Shown here: positions 1 through 12,980 of the stretch, in pieces
Layout: each line of letters starts with the position of its first letter
Numbering within the stretch: the first letter of the stretch is position 1
Assembly (NCBI RefSeq): GCF_963921235.1
Contig: NC_086108.1
Coordinates: forward strand, 102,674,001 to 102,738,000
Direction: 5' to 3'
DNA length: 64,000 nt
DNA from: Mobula hypostoma
Lineage: Eukaryota
Notes under the pieces: generated by a model
The model's database searches: none
The model's input: only the letters and a program-made list of their open reading frames with translations
Told to the model about the DNA's origin: nothing
Made by a program: the position numbers and the translations under genes

Positions 1-360
1 AAAGGACTAGATAGGGTGGATGTGGGGAGGATGTTCCCTATGGTGAGAGTATCCAGAATTTGAGGGCACAGCCTCAAAATTGAGGGGAGACCCTTTAGAA
101 CAGAGGTAAGGAGGAAGTTTTTTTTTTTAGCCAGAGAGTAGTAAATCTGTGGAATGCTCTGCCACAGACTGTGTTGGAAGCCAAGTTCATGCGTATATTT
201 AAGGCAGAAGATGGTTGTTTCCCGATCGGTCAGGGCATCAAAGGATATGGCGAGAAAGCAGGTGTATGGGGTTGAGTGGGATCCGGGATCAACCATAATG
301 GAATGGCGGAACAGACTTGATGGGTTGAATGGCCTAATTCTGTTCCTATGTCTTATGGTT
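1..360 (+). mobile_element. CR1-clade LINE 3' end
   Basis: Decayed ORF2 C-terminus (KGLDRVDVGRMFP...GHSLKI...SQRVVNLWNALP) followed by the CR1 3' UTR seen in other copies here. Confidence 0.85.
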
Positions 361-1399
361 ATTGTTTTACCTTACTCCTGCTCAACGCATTGTGTAATGA
401 TCTGATCTGTATGAACAGGATGCAAGACAAGCTTTTCATTGTATCTTGGTATATGTGGCAACAATAAACCAATACCAATTCCAAACTTTGCTTGCCTGCT
501 TGACTAACATAATGGATCAGATAAATCTCATCCTCAGGCATACCACCCCAGAAACCAGACTCTGAGATTCTGCTCATCATCTTTGTCTTTGAATACAAAT
601 TTAACATAATCCCAAGGTTGTACCCCAACCAACAACCTCAGAAGAAACTGGTATCAAATAGAGTCTGATTTCATTGTGCATGCTGAGTGATGAAAGGTTG
701 GATCTGAGTGAAGAGAACTGTTCCTATGGACAGAAGGGTCTGCTACTGGAGGACAGAGGTTTAACATAATTAGTGAGAGAGCCAGAGGCAAGAAGTGGAG
801 AAATTATTTTTAATCCAGGAAGTTGTAGTTATCTGAAAGGGCATTGCTGAACATAACTTTCAAAAAGAAAACTTGATAAGCCCTTGAAAGGGGAAACCAT
901 GTGGGGCTCTGAGGAAGGAACAGGGGAGTGCCAGTAAACAAGTAATATTATTAGAAAGTGCTGGAAATACTCATCAGATCAGGCTGATTCTGTGAGAAGA
1001 GAAACTAAACTAACTTTTCAGCTGGAAGACCTTCATCAAACTGGGAAGAGAAGGCTGTTAAGCTACAGAGAGGATAGGATAAATGACAGGGTAAAACCTG
1101 GGTTACCATGGAGACAGGCTTACAGTCTATCCCCATCTTCACCCTGGTGTTGCCCTAGTAGAAACAATCCCCCAGCCAACACCATCACCTTTTCCCACAC
1201 ACCCACACCCCATTACCTAATGCTCTTTTTTTCACTCCTTCCCACATTTATGAGGCTCTTAGACAAGTACATGGATGAAAGAAAAATTAAGGGTTAAATG
1301 CGGGTGGAAGGGTTAAACTGATCTTAGTGTAGATTAAAAGCTCATCACGCATCATGGGCTGAAGAACCTGTCCAATACGGTACTGTTCTATGTGATAGA

Positions 1400-1880
1400 A
1401 TCTCAGTCACACAGAAGCAGGCCCTTTGGCCCATCTAACCCATGCTAAACTATTATTTTACTTAGTCCCATTGACCCCCATCTGGACCATAGCCCTCCTT
1501 ACCCCTCCAATCTAAGTACTTACCTATATTTCTGTTAAATGTTGTAATCAAACCCACATCGACCACTTACTATTGCAGCTCACTCGACACTCTCACCACC
1601 CTCTGAAAGAAGAAGTTCCTTCTCAGGTTCCCCTTAAACATGTCACACTTCATCCTTAGCCCATGGCTTCTAGTTCCAGTCTCACCCAGCCTCAGTGGAA
1701 AAAGCCTGTTTGTATTAACCCAATCTATACCCCTCATAATTATGCATAGCTCAATCAAATCACCCTTCATTCTCCTAGGAATAAACTCCTGACCTATTCA
1801 GCCTTTCCCTTCAAGTCCCGGCAACTTTCTCGTAAATTTTCTCTGCACTCTTCCAATCTTATTGATGTATTTCCTGTAGA
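1400..1880 (-). mobile_element. CR1-clade LINE 3' fragment
   Basis: ORF 1570-1770 MKGDLIELCIIMRGIDWVN...NFFFQRVVRV matches the CR1 ORF2 C-terminus. Confidence 0.85.
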
Positions 1881-1909
1881 AAAGATATGAATAAAGTGTT
1901 CCATGTTCT

Positions 1910-3022
1910 CAAATAAGAAAATCTGCAGATGCTGGAAATCCAAAGCAACACAGACAAAATGCAACTATGGAAAAGAGTAAACAGTCAACGTTTTGGGCCA
2001 AGACCCTGCATCAGGACTGGAAAAAATATGGGAAGTCTGAGCAAGAAGGTGGGGGATGGAAGGGGAAGAGGAATTATAAGGTGGTAGGTGATAGGTGAAA
2101 CCAGGAGGAGGGGGAGGGAGTGAGGAAGACCTGGGAAGTTGATTGGTGAAAGAGTTAAAGGGGGAATCTGATGGGAGAGGATAGAAGACCACAAAAGAAA
2201 GGGAAAGAGGAGGAGCACCAGAGGGAGGTGATGGGCTAGTAAGGAGATAAGGTGAGAGAAGGAAACAGGAGTGGGGAATGGCGAAGGAGAGGAGGGGGAG
2301 CGGCAATTACCAGAAGTTCAAGAAACCGATGTACATGTCATCAGGTTGGAGGCTACCCAGATGGAATATAAGGTGTTGTTCCTCCAACCTGAGTGTGACC
2401 TCATTATGGCAGTAGAGGTCATGGACTGTCATAGTCATAGTCATACTTTATTAATCCTGGGGGAAATTGGTTTTCGTTACAGTTGCTCTATAAATAATAA
2501 ATAGACATGTTGGAACGGAAATGGGAAGTAGAATTGAAATGGGTGGCTTTCCGGTTATCATGCTTTTTCTAGGTGCTCAGCAAAGCTGTCTCACTGATAT
2601 ACAGGAGACCACATCAGGAGCACCGGATACAGTAGATAACCCCAACAGACTCACAGCTGCAGTGTCACCTTACCTAGAAGGACCACTCCCACCAGCCTCC
2701 AACTGCAGCACGGAGTTCTCTGTAACCTCCACCATCTCCAAAGGGATCCCACCACCAAGCACATCTTTCCCTCCTCCTCCACTTTATGCTTTCCGCAGGG
2801 ATCTCTTGGAACTCTTTCGTCCATTGATCCCTTCCCCCAGTGATCTCCCTCCTGGTACTTATCCTTGCAAGCGGAACAAGTGCCACACCTGCCCCCTACA
2901 CCTCCTCCCTGACTACCATTCAGGGCCCCAAACAGATGAAGGGTCTTGGCCTGAAAAGTCGACTGTTTACTCTTTCATATTGATGTTGCCTGGCCTGCTG
3001 AGTTCCTCCAGCATTTTGTGTG
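1910..3022. mobile_element. Penelope-like element with internal inversion and outward-facing terminal repeats
   Basis: Minus strand 2270-2682 encodes a decayed GIY-YIG domain (VIYCIRCS*CGLLYISET...LEEQHLIFHLGSLQPD). Plus strand 2683-2935 encodes the upstream linker PPGTYPCKRNKCHTCP...QGPKQ. Terminal repeat copies occur at both ends in inverted orientation. Confidence 0.8.
2428..2504 (-). mobile_element. Extremely 5'-truncated Rex1-family tail inserted in the PLE
   Basis: gtcatagtcatagtcatactttattaatcctgggggaaattggttttcgttacagttgc is nearly identical to the 3' ends at 35315 and 46635. Confidence 0.8.
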
Positions 3023-3457
3023 AAATATGCCACATTCCCAGTTTTGTCAGTCCTAATTTGATAATGCTAACTCTCTTCCCATGGATGTGGCCTAATCTAC
3101 TGAGTATTTTTTAGTTTAGATTTGCATTGTTTTTTTCTTGATTTCTAATAAATAGAGAGCCCCCTCAAACAGCCAAATGACCTCATCTTGTGCAGTAAGG
3201 TTCCACAATGGAATATAAGCTCTGGATGGATTTGAATGTAAAGTGACAGCAAAGGCATTGAAAGCGGAATTACTCTATAACTAATTAATTAATCTAATTT
3301 TCAAGCACTTGTTCTGACTGATTAAAATTATATTAATCACATCATCACAGCATATGATTAAAAACACACCCTTTTTGAAGTACAGTGAGTAATGATTAGT
3401 TATGATGTGTGAGATTCTGTTATGTTGGTTTAACTGAAGGGGTGATCTTGGCATATT

Positions 3458-3770
3458 GCTTACTTACTGTCCACTGTGCCACTGGTGTTTAGGGCAGCAA
3501 TGAAGGTCCTCCATCTCTGTCTGTATAGAAGGATTCTTCATTGCTCTTTCTATAACAATTGTTTTTAGACCAGTCAGGGTTGTTAGCTCAGAGCTGAACC
3601 CCTGAACCTGTAGGACCAGTGGACCATCCTTAGTCTGGCCTCTACCTTTTGATCTGTTTGGCATGGGTGACCCTACCAAGGCCCTGACTCCAGTCAACAG
3701 AGCTCTCCGAGACCTTGAGGCACACAAGCCTCCAAACCCTGTGACCAAAGTTGTGGACCTCTTGGAGGTT
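3458..3770 (-). mobile_element. Non-autonomous RTE-derived-like element (second copy about 41240-41645)
   Basis: Two dispersed similar copies; (TAAG)n-like tail; no coding capacity. Confidence 0.55.
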
Positions 3771-4199
3771 GGAATATACTGTAATAGCTTGCTATTTATG
3801 AAGGCCTTAACTTTATTTCTTTTTAAAATGCCACACAGTTCAATAAGCCAGTAACTTTACAAGCTAAAAATCAAAGTAGGCTTGGGGTGAATGTATGAAG
3901 ATTTACAACCAGATCAATACGCTTGTTTTCTTCTCAGAATCAAGTTAACCTCTGTTATCTTCACATTGCTTTGTGTGACCGCCCGGGTGTGACATTCAGT
4001 ACTGTCATCAAGCCACAACAGGAATACTCTGTTGTGACTTTGCCGTAAGGCACAGAAGGTGCACTAAGGAAAGTGCTCGAATTTAAATAAAGCCTCTCAG
4101 GATTTCTGGATGTGCACTAACCTGAAGCAAAATGAAAAGCAATTAGCTCCTGCACTAAGTTACCACAAGGGGATTGGAAAGCAATAGCTTGTCAACTTA

Positions 4200-4325
4200 A
4201 TATCTCATTGCAGGTTGTGGGAGCATACTGTGAACAATCTGCCTGCTGTCCTCCCCTAGAATTCAACAATGATTGCATTTTGAAATCTTTTCATTAAATG
4301 TGAAGGGCATTCAGACATCCTGTGT
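4200..4325 (+). mobile_element. Ancient Deu-domain SINE fragment (SacSINE1/AmnSINE1-like)
   Basis: ttgtgggagcatactgtgaacaatctgcctgctg...acaatgattgcattttgaa resembles the Deu core domain as I recall it; highly diverged. Confidence 0.45.
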
Positions 4326-4574
4326 CCTGATAAAAGGGTCTTGGCCCGAACATCAACTATTTATTCTCCTCCTTGTTGACTTGTTGAGTTTCTCTAACAT
4401 TCTATGTTTGTGGCTCAAGATTTCTAGCATCTGCAGAATCTCCTGTATTTATCTTGAGCATGTTTTGTTTTTTAATTAATCTCTTCATTTTTCAGGCCCT
4501 GGAGGCCATCAGCCATCCTTAATTGCCTCGTAAAGCGTAATGCTCGCCGCTATACTAGCATGCTGAAACTGATG

Positions 4575-5885
4575 CTAATTAGGAAATCAGCCTTCCGCCA
4601 CTACTCTTTGCCTCTTATCCCCAAACCAGTTTTGGATGCAGTTGCTTTTTATTGGCTTTAACCTTCTGGACCAGCCTACCATTTTGGACTTGTCAAATAT
4701 GAAATTTCTTATAGACTCTGTTTCCCCTCCAAGCCTTCAATAAATTAGTGAGACAGGACTTTCCCCTCAAAAAGCCATACTGACAGTCCCTAATCAAACA
4801 CAACCTTTCAAAATGTACATAGATCCTGTAGCTTGGATCTTTCTCTAATAGCTTTCCTAACAGTGAGGAAGGGGATCACTGGCCTGAGGTCACCAGGTTT
4901 ATCCTTGCTGTCCTTCTTGAATAAAGGAACAACATTAGCTGTCCTTCTGTCTTCTGGTATCTTGTCTGAAGCCTCAATCATTTCCATCAAAAGCTATGGA
5001 ACAGTTTAAAATAGAGGAGAAAAGGAGGCAAAGGTATGCTCCATTTTCTTGTATCGATGTAGGTGTATTTTAGTTTATAAGACCATAAGCTATAGGAGCA
5101 GAATTAGGCCATTTGGCCCATTGAGTCTGCTGTACCATTTCATCATGGATGATCCATTTCCCTCTCATCCCCAATCTCCTGCCTGCTCCCTGACTAATCA
5201 AGAATCCATCGACTCTCCCTTATATATACCCAAAGACTTGGCCTCCGCAGCCACCTGTGGCAACGAATTCCACAGATTCACCACTTTCTGGCAAAAGAAA
5301 TTCCTCCTCATCCCCGTTCTAAATGGATGTCCCTCCATTCTGTAGCTGTGTCCTTTGGTTTTAGGCTCCCCCGCCATAGAAACTAACCTCCCTACATCCA
5401 CTCTATCAAGGCCTTTCAACATTCAAAATGTCCCACCTCATACTTTGAAATTTCAGTAAATACTGGCCCAGAGCCATCAAATGCTTTTCAGACAATAAAC
5501 CTTTTAATCCTGGAATCATTTTTGTGAGCCTCCTTTGAGCCCTCTCCAGTGTCAGCACATCCCTTCCTAGATAACGGGCCCAAAGTCTGCTCACAATAGT
5601 CCAAGTGAGGCCTCACCAGTGCCTTATAAAGCCTCAACATTACATCCTTACTTTTATATTCTAGCCGTCTCAAAATGAATGCTAACATTGCATTTGTATT
5701 CCTCACCACCGCCTCAACCTGCAAATTAACTCTTCGGGAATCCTACATGAGGACTCCCAAGTCCTTTTGCACCTCAGATTCTTTTGAATTTTCTCTCTAT
5801 TTAGGAAACAGTCTGTTTTTATTCCTTCTACCAAAGTGCATGAACACATATTTCCCAACACTGTATTCCACCTGCCACTGCTTTG
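4575..5885 (-). mobile_element. Two CR1 fragments (RT region 4575-4990; 3' end 5075-5885)
   Basis: ORFs IPEDRRTANVVPLFKKDSKDKPG, LRLYKALVRPHLDYCEQ and FFCQKVVNLWNSLP. Confidence 0.85.
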
Positions 5886-6616
5886 CTCGGAACAAGGAAC
5901 AAGGCAATTTTTATACTTCATTTTACGCAGACGCGGAATTGCAAGTGACACCAAGTAGCTATGCATTTTGGCCTGGATTTCTTGACTCGTTATTGCAACT
6001 AATAAGGAACAAATATACACTAAGCAGCTAGACTGTTGTACCCCTGGGCAAACCATAACAATCAGGAGGAGAATTCAGAACTAATTTGCTAGACATCTGA
6101 AGAGAAATTGATTTAGCCAGCCATAAATTACAGGTAATTTGTCTTCCCAGACAGCTCTTAGTGGCTGAACATACTGAGAGGGAATTCCACTGCTGTCCAG
6201 GCACGCTGCTCAAGCTTGATTCCTCAGTCTGGTTGTGTATGGAGGTCCATTTATTAGAGGTGTAGCCTGTGGCTGTATGTGGATCTGATTTGGGAAGTTT
6301 TGGGTCCAAGTTACACTGCAGGCACTTGATTGCCAGATTGAGGCTGAAGCTGCTTTGCCCAGTGCTATGGGAGTGCCACACTACCGGAGGTGTTGGGCTT
6401 TGGAGGGATTGTTAAATTGAGTAACACACAAGATGCTAGAGGAACTCAGCAGGTCAGGCAGCATCTATGGAAAGGAATAATGAAGGGTCTCAGCCCAAAA
6501 CGTCGGCTCTTCAGTGGATGTTCAGTTGCCTTACGGTCTGAACAGGGAGTTCAGTAGCCTTCCGTCTGGGAAGAAGTTGTTTCCCATCCTAGTGGTTTTT
6601 GTCCTAATGCTTCAAT

Positions 6617-7300
6617 CCAGGATGCATCTCAGGCTGCAAAGGCAGAAGGCATTGAGACGCCGCTGTTGTCTGGAGTAGAGGCTCCAGGTCTCGCTGCCGT
6701 AAAGCAGTGTGCTGAGGACGCAGGCCCTGTAGATTGCAACCTTGGTGTGCGTCGTCAGCTTTCTGTTCTCCCAGACATCAAGTGGGTTGACCGAGTCACC
6801 AGCAATGGGGTCCTGGCCCATGCCCAGATACCCAGCCTCTTCACCCTGCTCCAACAATGCCGTCTGCGCTGGCTGGGCCACATACACCGCATGTCAGATG
6901 GGAGGATCCCGAAAGACCTGCTGTACGGGGAGCTGGCCTCCGGCAAAAGAGTACAAGGACAGCCCCATCTGCAAGAGAGACATGAAGTCACTGAACATGA
7001 ATGTCGAGAGGTGGGAGGACACCGCAAGTGATTCCTCTCACTGGAGGCTGGAACTACGCAGAGGTCTAAAAACCGGAGAAGAGAAACTGAGGCTTGCTGC
7101 CGAAGAAAAGCGTACTCATCAGAAAAACAGCACCAAGACAATACTGGAGGACAGCGCCTTCAATGCAGTCGCTGCAGCCAAGACTGTCACTCCCGTGTGG
7201 GCCTCTGCAGCCACAACAGATGCTGCTCTACTAACACAGACTGAAGCAAGACTTTCCAGGCGCAGGTCCGTGGTCTCGCGAGACTAATGGATGCCACAAC
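6617..7300 (+). mobile_element. RTE-clade LINE, 5'-truncated with 5' inversion, 11-bp TSD
   Basis: Minus 6617-6776 gives KLTTHTKVAIYRACVLSTLLYGSETW...LRCIL; plus 6774-7300 gives DIKWVDRVTS...RLRWLGHIHRMSDGRIPKDLLYGEL and a C-terminal CSRC...H motif. CAA tail; TSD aatgcttcaat at 6606-6616 and 7301-7311. Confidence 0.9.
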
Positions 7301-7997
7301 AATGCTTCAATACCTTCTGCCTGATGGTAGGGGGTCAAAGTGATTGTTGGAAGGATGGAGGAGATCACTGACAGTACTAAGGGCCCTGATAAATATCTCC
7401 AATGGGTGGAAGGGAGACCTCGATAGTCCTCTCAGCAGTACTCGCAATCCTTTGTAGGGACTTGCTGTCAGATGCCTTACAATTCCCCTACCAGATGTTG
7501 ATGCAGCTAGTTTGAACATTCTCAATCTTGCTGATGTAAAAATTAGTTAAAGTAAGGATGGGGGCCTCACTTGCCTCAGTCTCGCCACCATTGAGCACAT
7601 CTGCAGGAAAGCAGTATCCATCATCAGGGACCCCCACCATCCAGGCCAAGCTCTTTTCTCACCGCTGCCTTGCAGAAGGAGGTACAGGAGCCTTTGGTCC
7701 CACACCACCAGGTTCAGGGGTCTGTCAAACATCAGGCTCCTGAACCAATGCGGATAGCTTCAGTCACCTCAATGGCTTACTGATTCTGCAACCTACAGAT
7801 TCTACAACTCACGTTCTTAGCATTATTTGTTTATGTATTATTTGTGTTTTCGGCGGGGGGGGGGATATTTGCACAATTTGGCTTCTTTTGTACATTGGTT
7901 GCTTGTCGGTCTTTTTGTGTAGTTTTTTATTGATTTTCTTGTTCTACTGTGAGTGCCTGCAAGAAACAGAATCTCAAGGTAGCATATAGTAATATAC

Positions 7998-8298
7998 GGG
8001 CGCCCCAGTAGTGTGGTAGTTAGTGTGACACTCCGACAGCATTAGAGTCAGAGTTCAAAATTCAATCTGGCATCCTCTGTAAGGAGTTTGTACGTCCTTC
8101 CCGTGGAATGCGTTAGTTTTCCCCAGGTGCTCCAGTTTCCTCCCACAGTCCAAAGACATGCCAGTAGGTTAATTGGTCATTGTTAATTGTCCCATGGTTG
8201 GATTGGGGTTAATTCAAGGTCATCAGGGTTTGCTGGGCAATGTGGTTTGAAGGGCCAGAAGGGCCTACTTTGTGCTGTATCACTAAGTAAATAAAGTA
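7998..8298 (+). mobile_element. tRNA-derived V-SINE/HE1-like SINE (other copies about 11905-12180, 14581-15432, 56998-57305 on +; 48965-49125 on -)
   Basis: A/B-box-like head, V-domain-like core (ggagtttgtacgt...tgctccagtttcctcccacagtccaaagac) and CR1-like tail ending in (taaa)n. Confidence 0.75.
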
Positions 8299-9251
8299 AA
8301 CTCTGATCATAAATTGGCTTTAAACCTTGAACTTCAAATGTTGATCCAGCTGGAGAGATAGCCATGGAGAGTGACAGAAGTCTACAGCAGGAAGCCTGGT
8401 ATGAGGAGCAGAAGCAGACAGCAAGCTGAGTGACATCTGATCTAGCTTCTGATTTTGTTTCTCCCTCTAAAATCACTGCCTCATCAACTAAGTACTTCCA
8501 GCAATTTATTTCAGATTTCCTGTTCCTTCAGAATTTCATGAAAAATCCTTTGATTGAGCTTTGGACAATCACACAATCAGTAAAGAAGCACATTGAACAA
8601 TTTTGTTCCAATCTGATTAAAAATGAAAAAAGGTTCTGAAAAGTATTTTCAAAGTCTCATCAGGAAACTATTTCAAGAGATTAGTTATTCACAATGAAGT
8701 GCTCAGTATTTTATTTGAGGTCTGAACACAATTCCCCTCGATTTATCTTGAATCTAAAGGACATCTGGTGAAGTCAAAGGTGATGAAAATACCAATAATA
8801 AAAATTTGGCACGGAAATGTTGGTAAATCAAGTGGAAAATTACTCCTCTGGGAATCCAAAGAAGTTAACGGACCATTGAAGGATTTAATAAAGTTCATAT
8901 TTCAGTTTATTTTAATTCTTTCTGGAGATGTCGGTGTTACCAGCATGGCCAGAATTGATTCACTGTGAGCGGCTGATTCTTGAATATGAGAACATCAAAA
9001 CAGTACAGATCAGGAGCAGGCCATTCAGCCCACAATACTGTATCTTTGCTGACTTTTACAGCAATTGAAACTGCATATCTATCTGAACATGGTCTACATC
9101 TCCCTATTCCCTGCCTTTTCATGTGTCTGTCCAAATGCTTCTTAGACTTTGCTATTGTACCAGCTTCCACCATCTCCCCTGATTCCAGGTACATTCAACT
9201 TACTGTGTAAAAAAACTTACCTCAAATATCTTCTTTATTCTTACCCCCTTT

Positions 9252-9990
9252 TAGGATGGTGGAGTCTCTGCCAAAGGAAGTATAAGACGCTACTTCCTTC
9301 TGCTAGCCTACAGGTCACCCTTGGGCAAGACAGAGCACCTGCTTAGCACCCCAACCACCCCCCCCGCCCCCCCGATCAGGGTGATGTGAAGCCGTGGAAA
9401 CAGGGGGTGGATGGTCGTATAAGCAGCTGGTGCCTATCTCAAGTTCTGAATATTTCCACAACTAATGAACTCACTTTCAGGACTCTTTTATCTCATTATG
9501 TCATGTACTCATTATTTATTGCACAATTTGATTTGTTGTCTTCTGCACTCTGGTTGCTCTTTCATTGATCTTGCTATGGTTACTATTCTATATTTTGCTG
9601 AATAGGCCCGCAGGAAAATTAATCTCAGGGTTGTATGTAATAATACAATAATATTACTTATATAGTATATAGAATATGGAACACAGAATAGTACAGCACA
9701 GTACAGGCCCTTCGGCCCACAATGTTGTGCCGACCCTCAAACCCTGCCTTCCATATAAGCCCCCACCTTAAATTATAATAATAGTACTTTCATAATAAAA
9801 ATTTACTTTGAACTTTGAACTCTTTGGTTATGTGACCACTGACACCAGGCAGACAAGCTCTGAAGAATATTGATAATGTCTGAAGACACAGCCCAGAAGA
9901 AAATAATGGAAAACCACTTCTGTAAAAAAATTTGCCAACAACAATCATGGTCGAAGACCAGGATCACCCATGACATAGAACATGGCACAT
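9252..9990 (+). mobile_element. Non-autonomous RTE-associated element, interrupted (intact-looking copy about 33680-34052)
   Basis: Two similar copies; 3' part carries a Bov-A-like RTE motif (agaaggcaatggcaaaccat at about 33970). Confidence 0.55.
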
Positions 9991-10097
9991 AAAGTGCATT
10001 TTACCTTAAAGCTAATGTCTCCCAATATTTGATATTTCTACCCTGGGAAATGGACTCTGACTTGCTACACTATTTATGCCAAGGCTGGGGATTCAGT

Positions 10098-11508
10098 GTC
10101 AGAATCAGATCAGAATCAGGTTTATTATCATAGAAAACGTAGAAAATATAGAAAATAGGTGCAGGAGTAGGCCATTCGGCCCTTCGAGCCTGCACCGCCA
10201 TTTATTATGATCATGGCTGATCATCCAACTCAGAACCCTGCACCAGCCTTCCCTCCATACCCTCTGATCCCTTTAGCCACAAGCGCCATATCTAACTCCC
10301 TCTTAAATATAGCCAATGAACTGGCCTCAACTGTTTCCTGTGGCAGAGAATTCCACAGATTCACCACTCTCTGTGTGAAGAAGTTTTTCCTAATCTCAGT
10401 CCTAAAAGGCTTCGCCTTTATCCTCAAACTGTGACCCCTCGTTCTGGACTTCCCCAACATCGGGAACAATCTTCCTGCATCTAGCCTGTCCAATCCCTTT
10501 AGGATTTTATACGTTTCAATCAGATCCCCCCTCAATCTTCTAAATTCCAATGAGTACAAGCCTAGTTCATCCAGTCTTCCTTCATATGAAAGTCCTGCCA
10601 TCCCAGGAATCAATCTGGTGAACCTTCTTTGTACTCCCTCTATGGCAAGGATGTCTTTCCTCAGATTAGGGGACCAAAACTGCACACAATACTCCAGGTG
10701 TGGTCTCACCAAGGCCTTGATCATGTGTCATGAAATTTGTTAACTTAGCAGCAGCAGTTCAATGCAGTACATAATATAGAGGGAAAAAAACAAAACAAAA
10801 TAATAAATAAATAAACAAACAAACAAACAAATAAACAAGCAAGCAAGCCAATTACAGTATACATATGTTGAATAGATTAAAATCGTGCAAAAAAACAAAA
10901 ATAATATATATTTGAAATGTGAGGTGATGTTCACAAATTCATTGTCCATATAGGAATCGTTTGGCAGAGGGGAAGAAGCTGTTCCTGAATCGCTGAGTGT
11001 GTGCCTTCAGGCTTCTGTACCTCCTACCCGATGGTAACAGTGAGAAAAGGGCATGCCCTGGGTGCTGGAGGTCCTTAATAATGGACGCTGCCTTTCTGAG
11101 ACACCACTCCTTGAAAATGGCCTGGGTACCTCGTAGGCTGGTACTCAAGATGCAGCTTCTTTCAGTCCTGTGCAGTAGCCCCCCAATGATGCAGCCTGTC
11201 AGAATGCTCTCCACGGTACATCTATAGAAGTTTTCAAGTGTATTTTTTGACATACCAAATCTCTTCAAACTCCTAATGAAGTATAACCACTGTTTTGCCT
11301 TCTTTATAACTATATCGATATGTGGGGACCACATTAGATCCTCAGAGATCTTGACACTCAGGAACTTGAAACTGCTCACCCTCTCCACTTCTGATCCCTC
11401 TATGAGGATTGGTATGTGTTCCTTTGTCTTACCCTTCCTGAAGTCCACAATCAGCTCTTTCGTCTTACTGACGCTGAGTGCCAGGTTGTTGCTGTGACAC
11501 CACTCCAC
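10098..11508 (-). mobile_element. Rex1/Babar-like LINE 3' part with (ATTCTG)n tail; family copies at 47535-48020, 48056-48928, 54695-56840 (-) and 52700-53387 (+)
   Basis: ORF WCHSNNLALSVSKTKELIVDFRK...HALFSLLPSGRRYRSL...SFFPSA. Confidence 0.85.
10130..10719 (-). mobile_element. Young CR1 3' end nested in the tail of a Rex/Babar-like LINE
   Basis: Uninterrupted 164-aa ORF2 C-terminus (ALVRPHLEYCVQFWSP...FFTQRVVNLWNSLP); host sequence resumes on both sides. Confidence 0.9.
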
Positions 11509-11532
11509 AAGCTAACCCACAACAGTAACAAA

Positions 11533-11671
11533 TGAGAGAAAATCTAAAGATGCTGAAAATCCAAGCAACACGCACAAAATGCTAGAGGGTCTCGGCCTGA
11601 AACATCAACTGTACTCTTTTCCATAGATGCTGCCTAGCTTGCTGAGTTCCTCCAGCATTTTGCATGTGTTG
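11533..11671. mobile_element. Fold-back mini-element made of two inverted PLE terminal-repeat pieces
   Basis: gcaacacgcacaaaatgctagagg pairs with cctccagcattttgcatgtgttgc; imperfect 15-bp TSD cacaacagtaacaaa/cacaataataacaaa at 11518-11532 and 11672-11686. Confidence 0.7.
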
Positions 11672-12980
11672 CACAATAATAACAAAATCTTTTTTATGGG
11701 ATACCTTGCACAACATAATGAGACATCGTTTGATGCTTGGCTGTGTAAAATGCTATGAGGAAGGTTAACCAAAATATTGGTTAGAGGTTGGCTTTAAGAA
11801 AAGATTAAAGAAAAGTAAAGATAACTGCAGAAGGAAATCCAGAGTTTAGGCAGTATTTCTTTAATTTATTTTCCAGATCTAGGTGCCTCTGGCCAAATTA
11901 ATCTGGGCAGCATGGTAATGTAGTGGTTAGTGCAACACTTTTGCAGCTCACAGCGTCAAAGTTTGGAGTACTAGTCCGACGTCAACTTAATGGAGTTTGT
12001 GTAAATGCATGGTTTTTCTCCAGGTCCTCCAGTTTCCCCCATAGTCCAAAGACATACTAGTTAGTAGGTTAATTGGTCATTGTAAACTGTCTCATTGTTG
12101 GGTTAAATCGGGGATTGTTGGGCCGTACAGACTGAAGGGCCAGTAAAGCCTATTCCACGCTGCATCTCAAAATAAAATTAAATTAACTTAATTGCCCATC
12201 TCTAATTGGAATTGAAATTGGTTTATTATTGTCACACGCACTGAGATACAGGGAAAAGCTTGTCTTGCAGACTGTTCATACAGATCAGATCATTACACAG
12301 TGCATTGAGGCAGAACAAGGTAAAACAATAAGAATGCAGAATGAAGCTATAGAGAAAGTGCTGTGCAGGTAAACAATAAGATGCAAGAAGGTGGCAGTGA
12401 TCTGCCTTCTTGAACCGCTATGAGTATGGAGTTGCAAGATTATCTAGGATAGGGTTATCTGGTGGTAGAGGGATAAATATAAAGGTTAGATTGGATTATA
12501 TTAGGTTATCTTTTCATTTCTTGCATGTACATTAAAACATCGAAACATGCAGTGAAATGTGTCGTTTGTGTCAATACCAACACAGTGCAAGGATTGTGTT
12601 GTAGGCAGCCCGCAAATGTTGTCATGCTTCAGGTGCCAATGTAGCTTGCACACAATTCATTCACGCTAAGTCTAACTGTGCATCTTTGAAATGCACAGAG
12701 CACCGGTAGGAAACCCGGACTGTCACAGGGAGAACGTACAAATTCCTTAAAGGAATTTTAATTACTTTATTGAGATACACTGCAGAATGGTCCCTTCCGG
12801 GCCTTTGAGCTGCACCACCCAGCAACCACCAATTTCATCCAGCCTAATCACGGGATAATTTAGAGTGACCAGTTCATCTACCAACTCATAAGTCTTTGGA
12901 CTGTGGGGGGAAATCAACTAGTGATCACTCGTGCTGTAAAGCACTGTGTTAACTACTATGCTACCGTGCTGCCTTATATG

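Noticed and set aside
4490..4530. Acceptor-like tttttcag followed by a short frame
   Set aside because: No recognisable peptide or matching donor.
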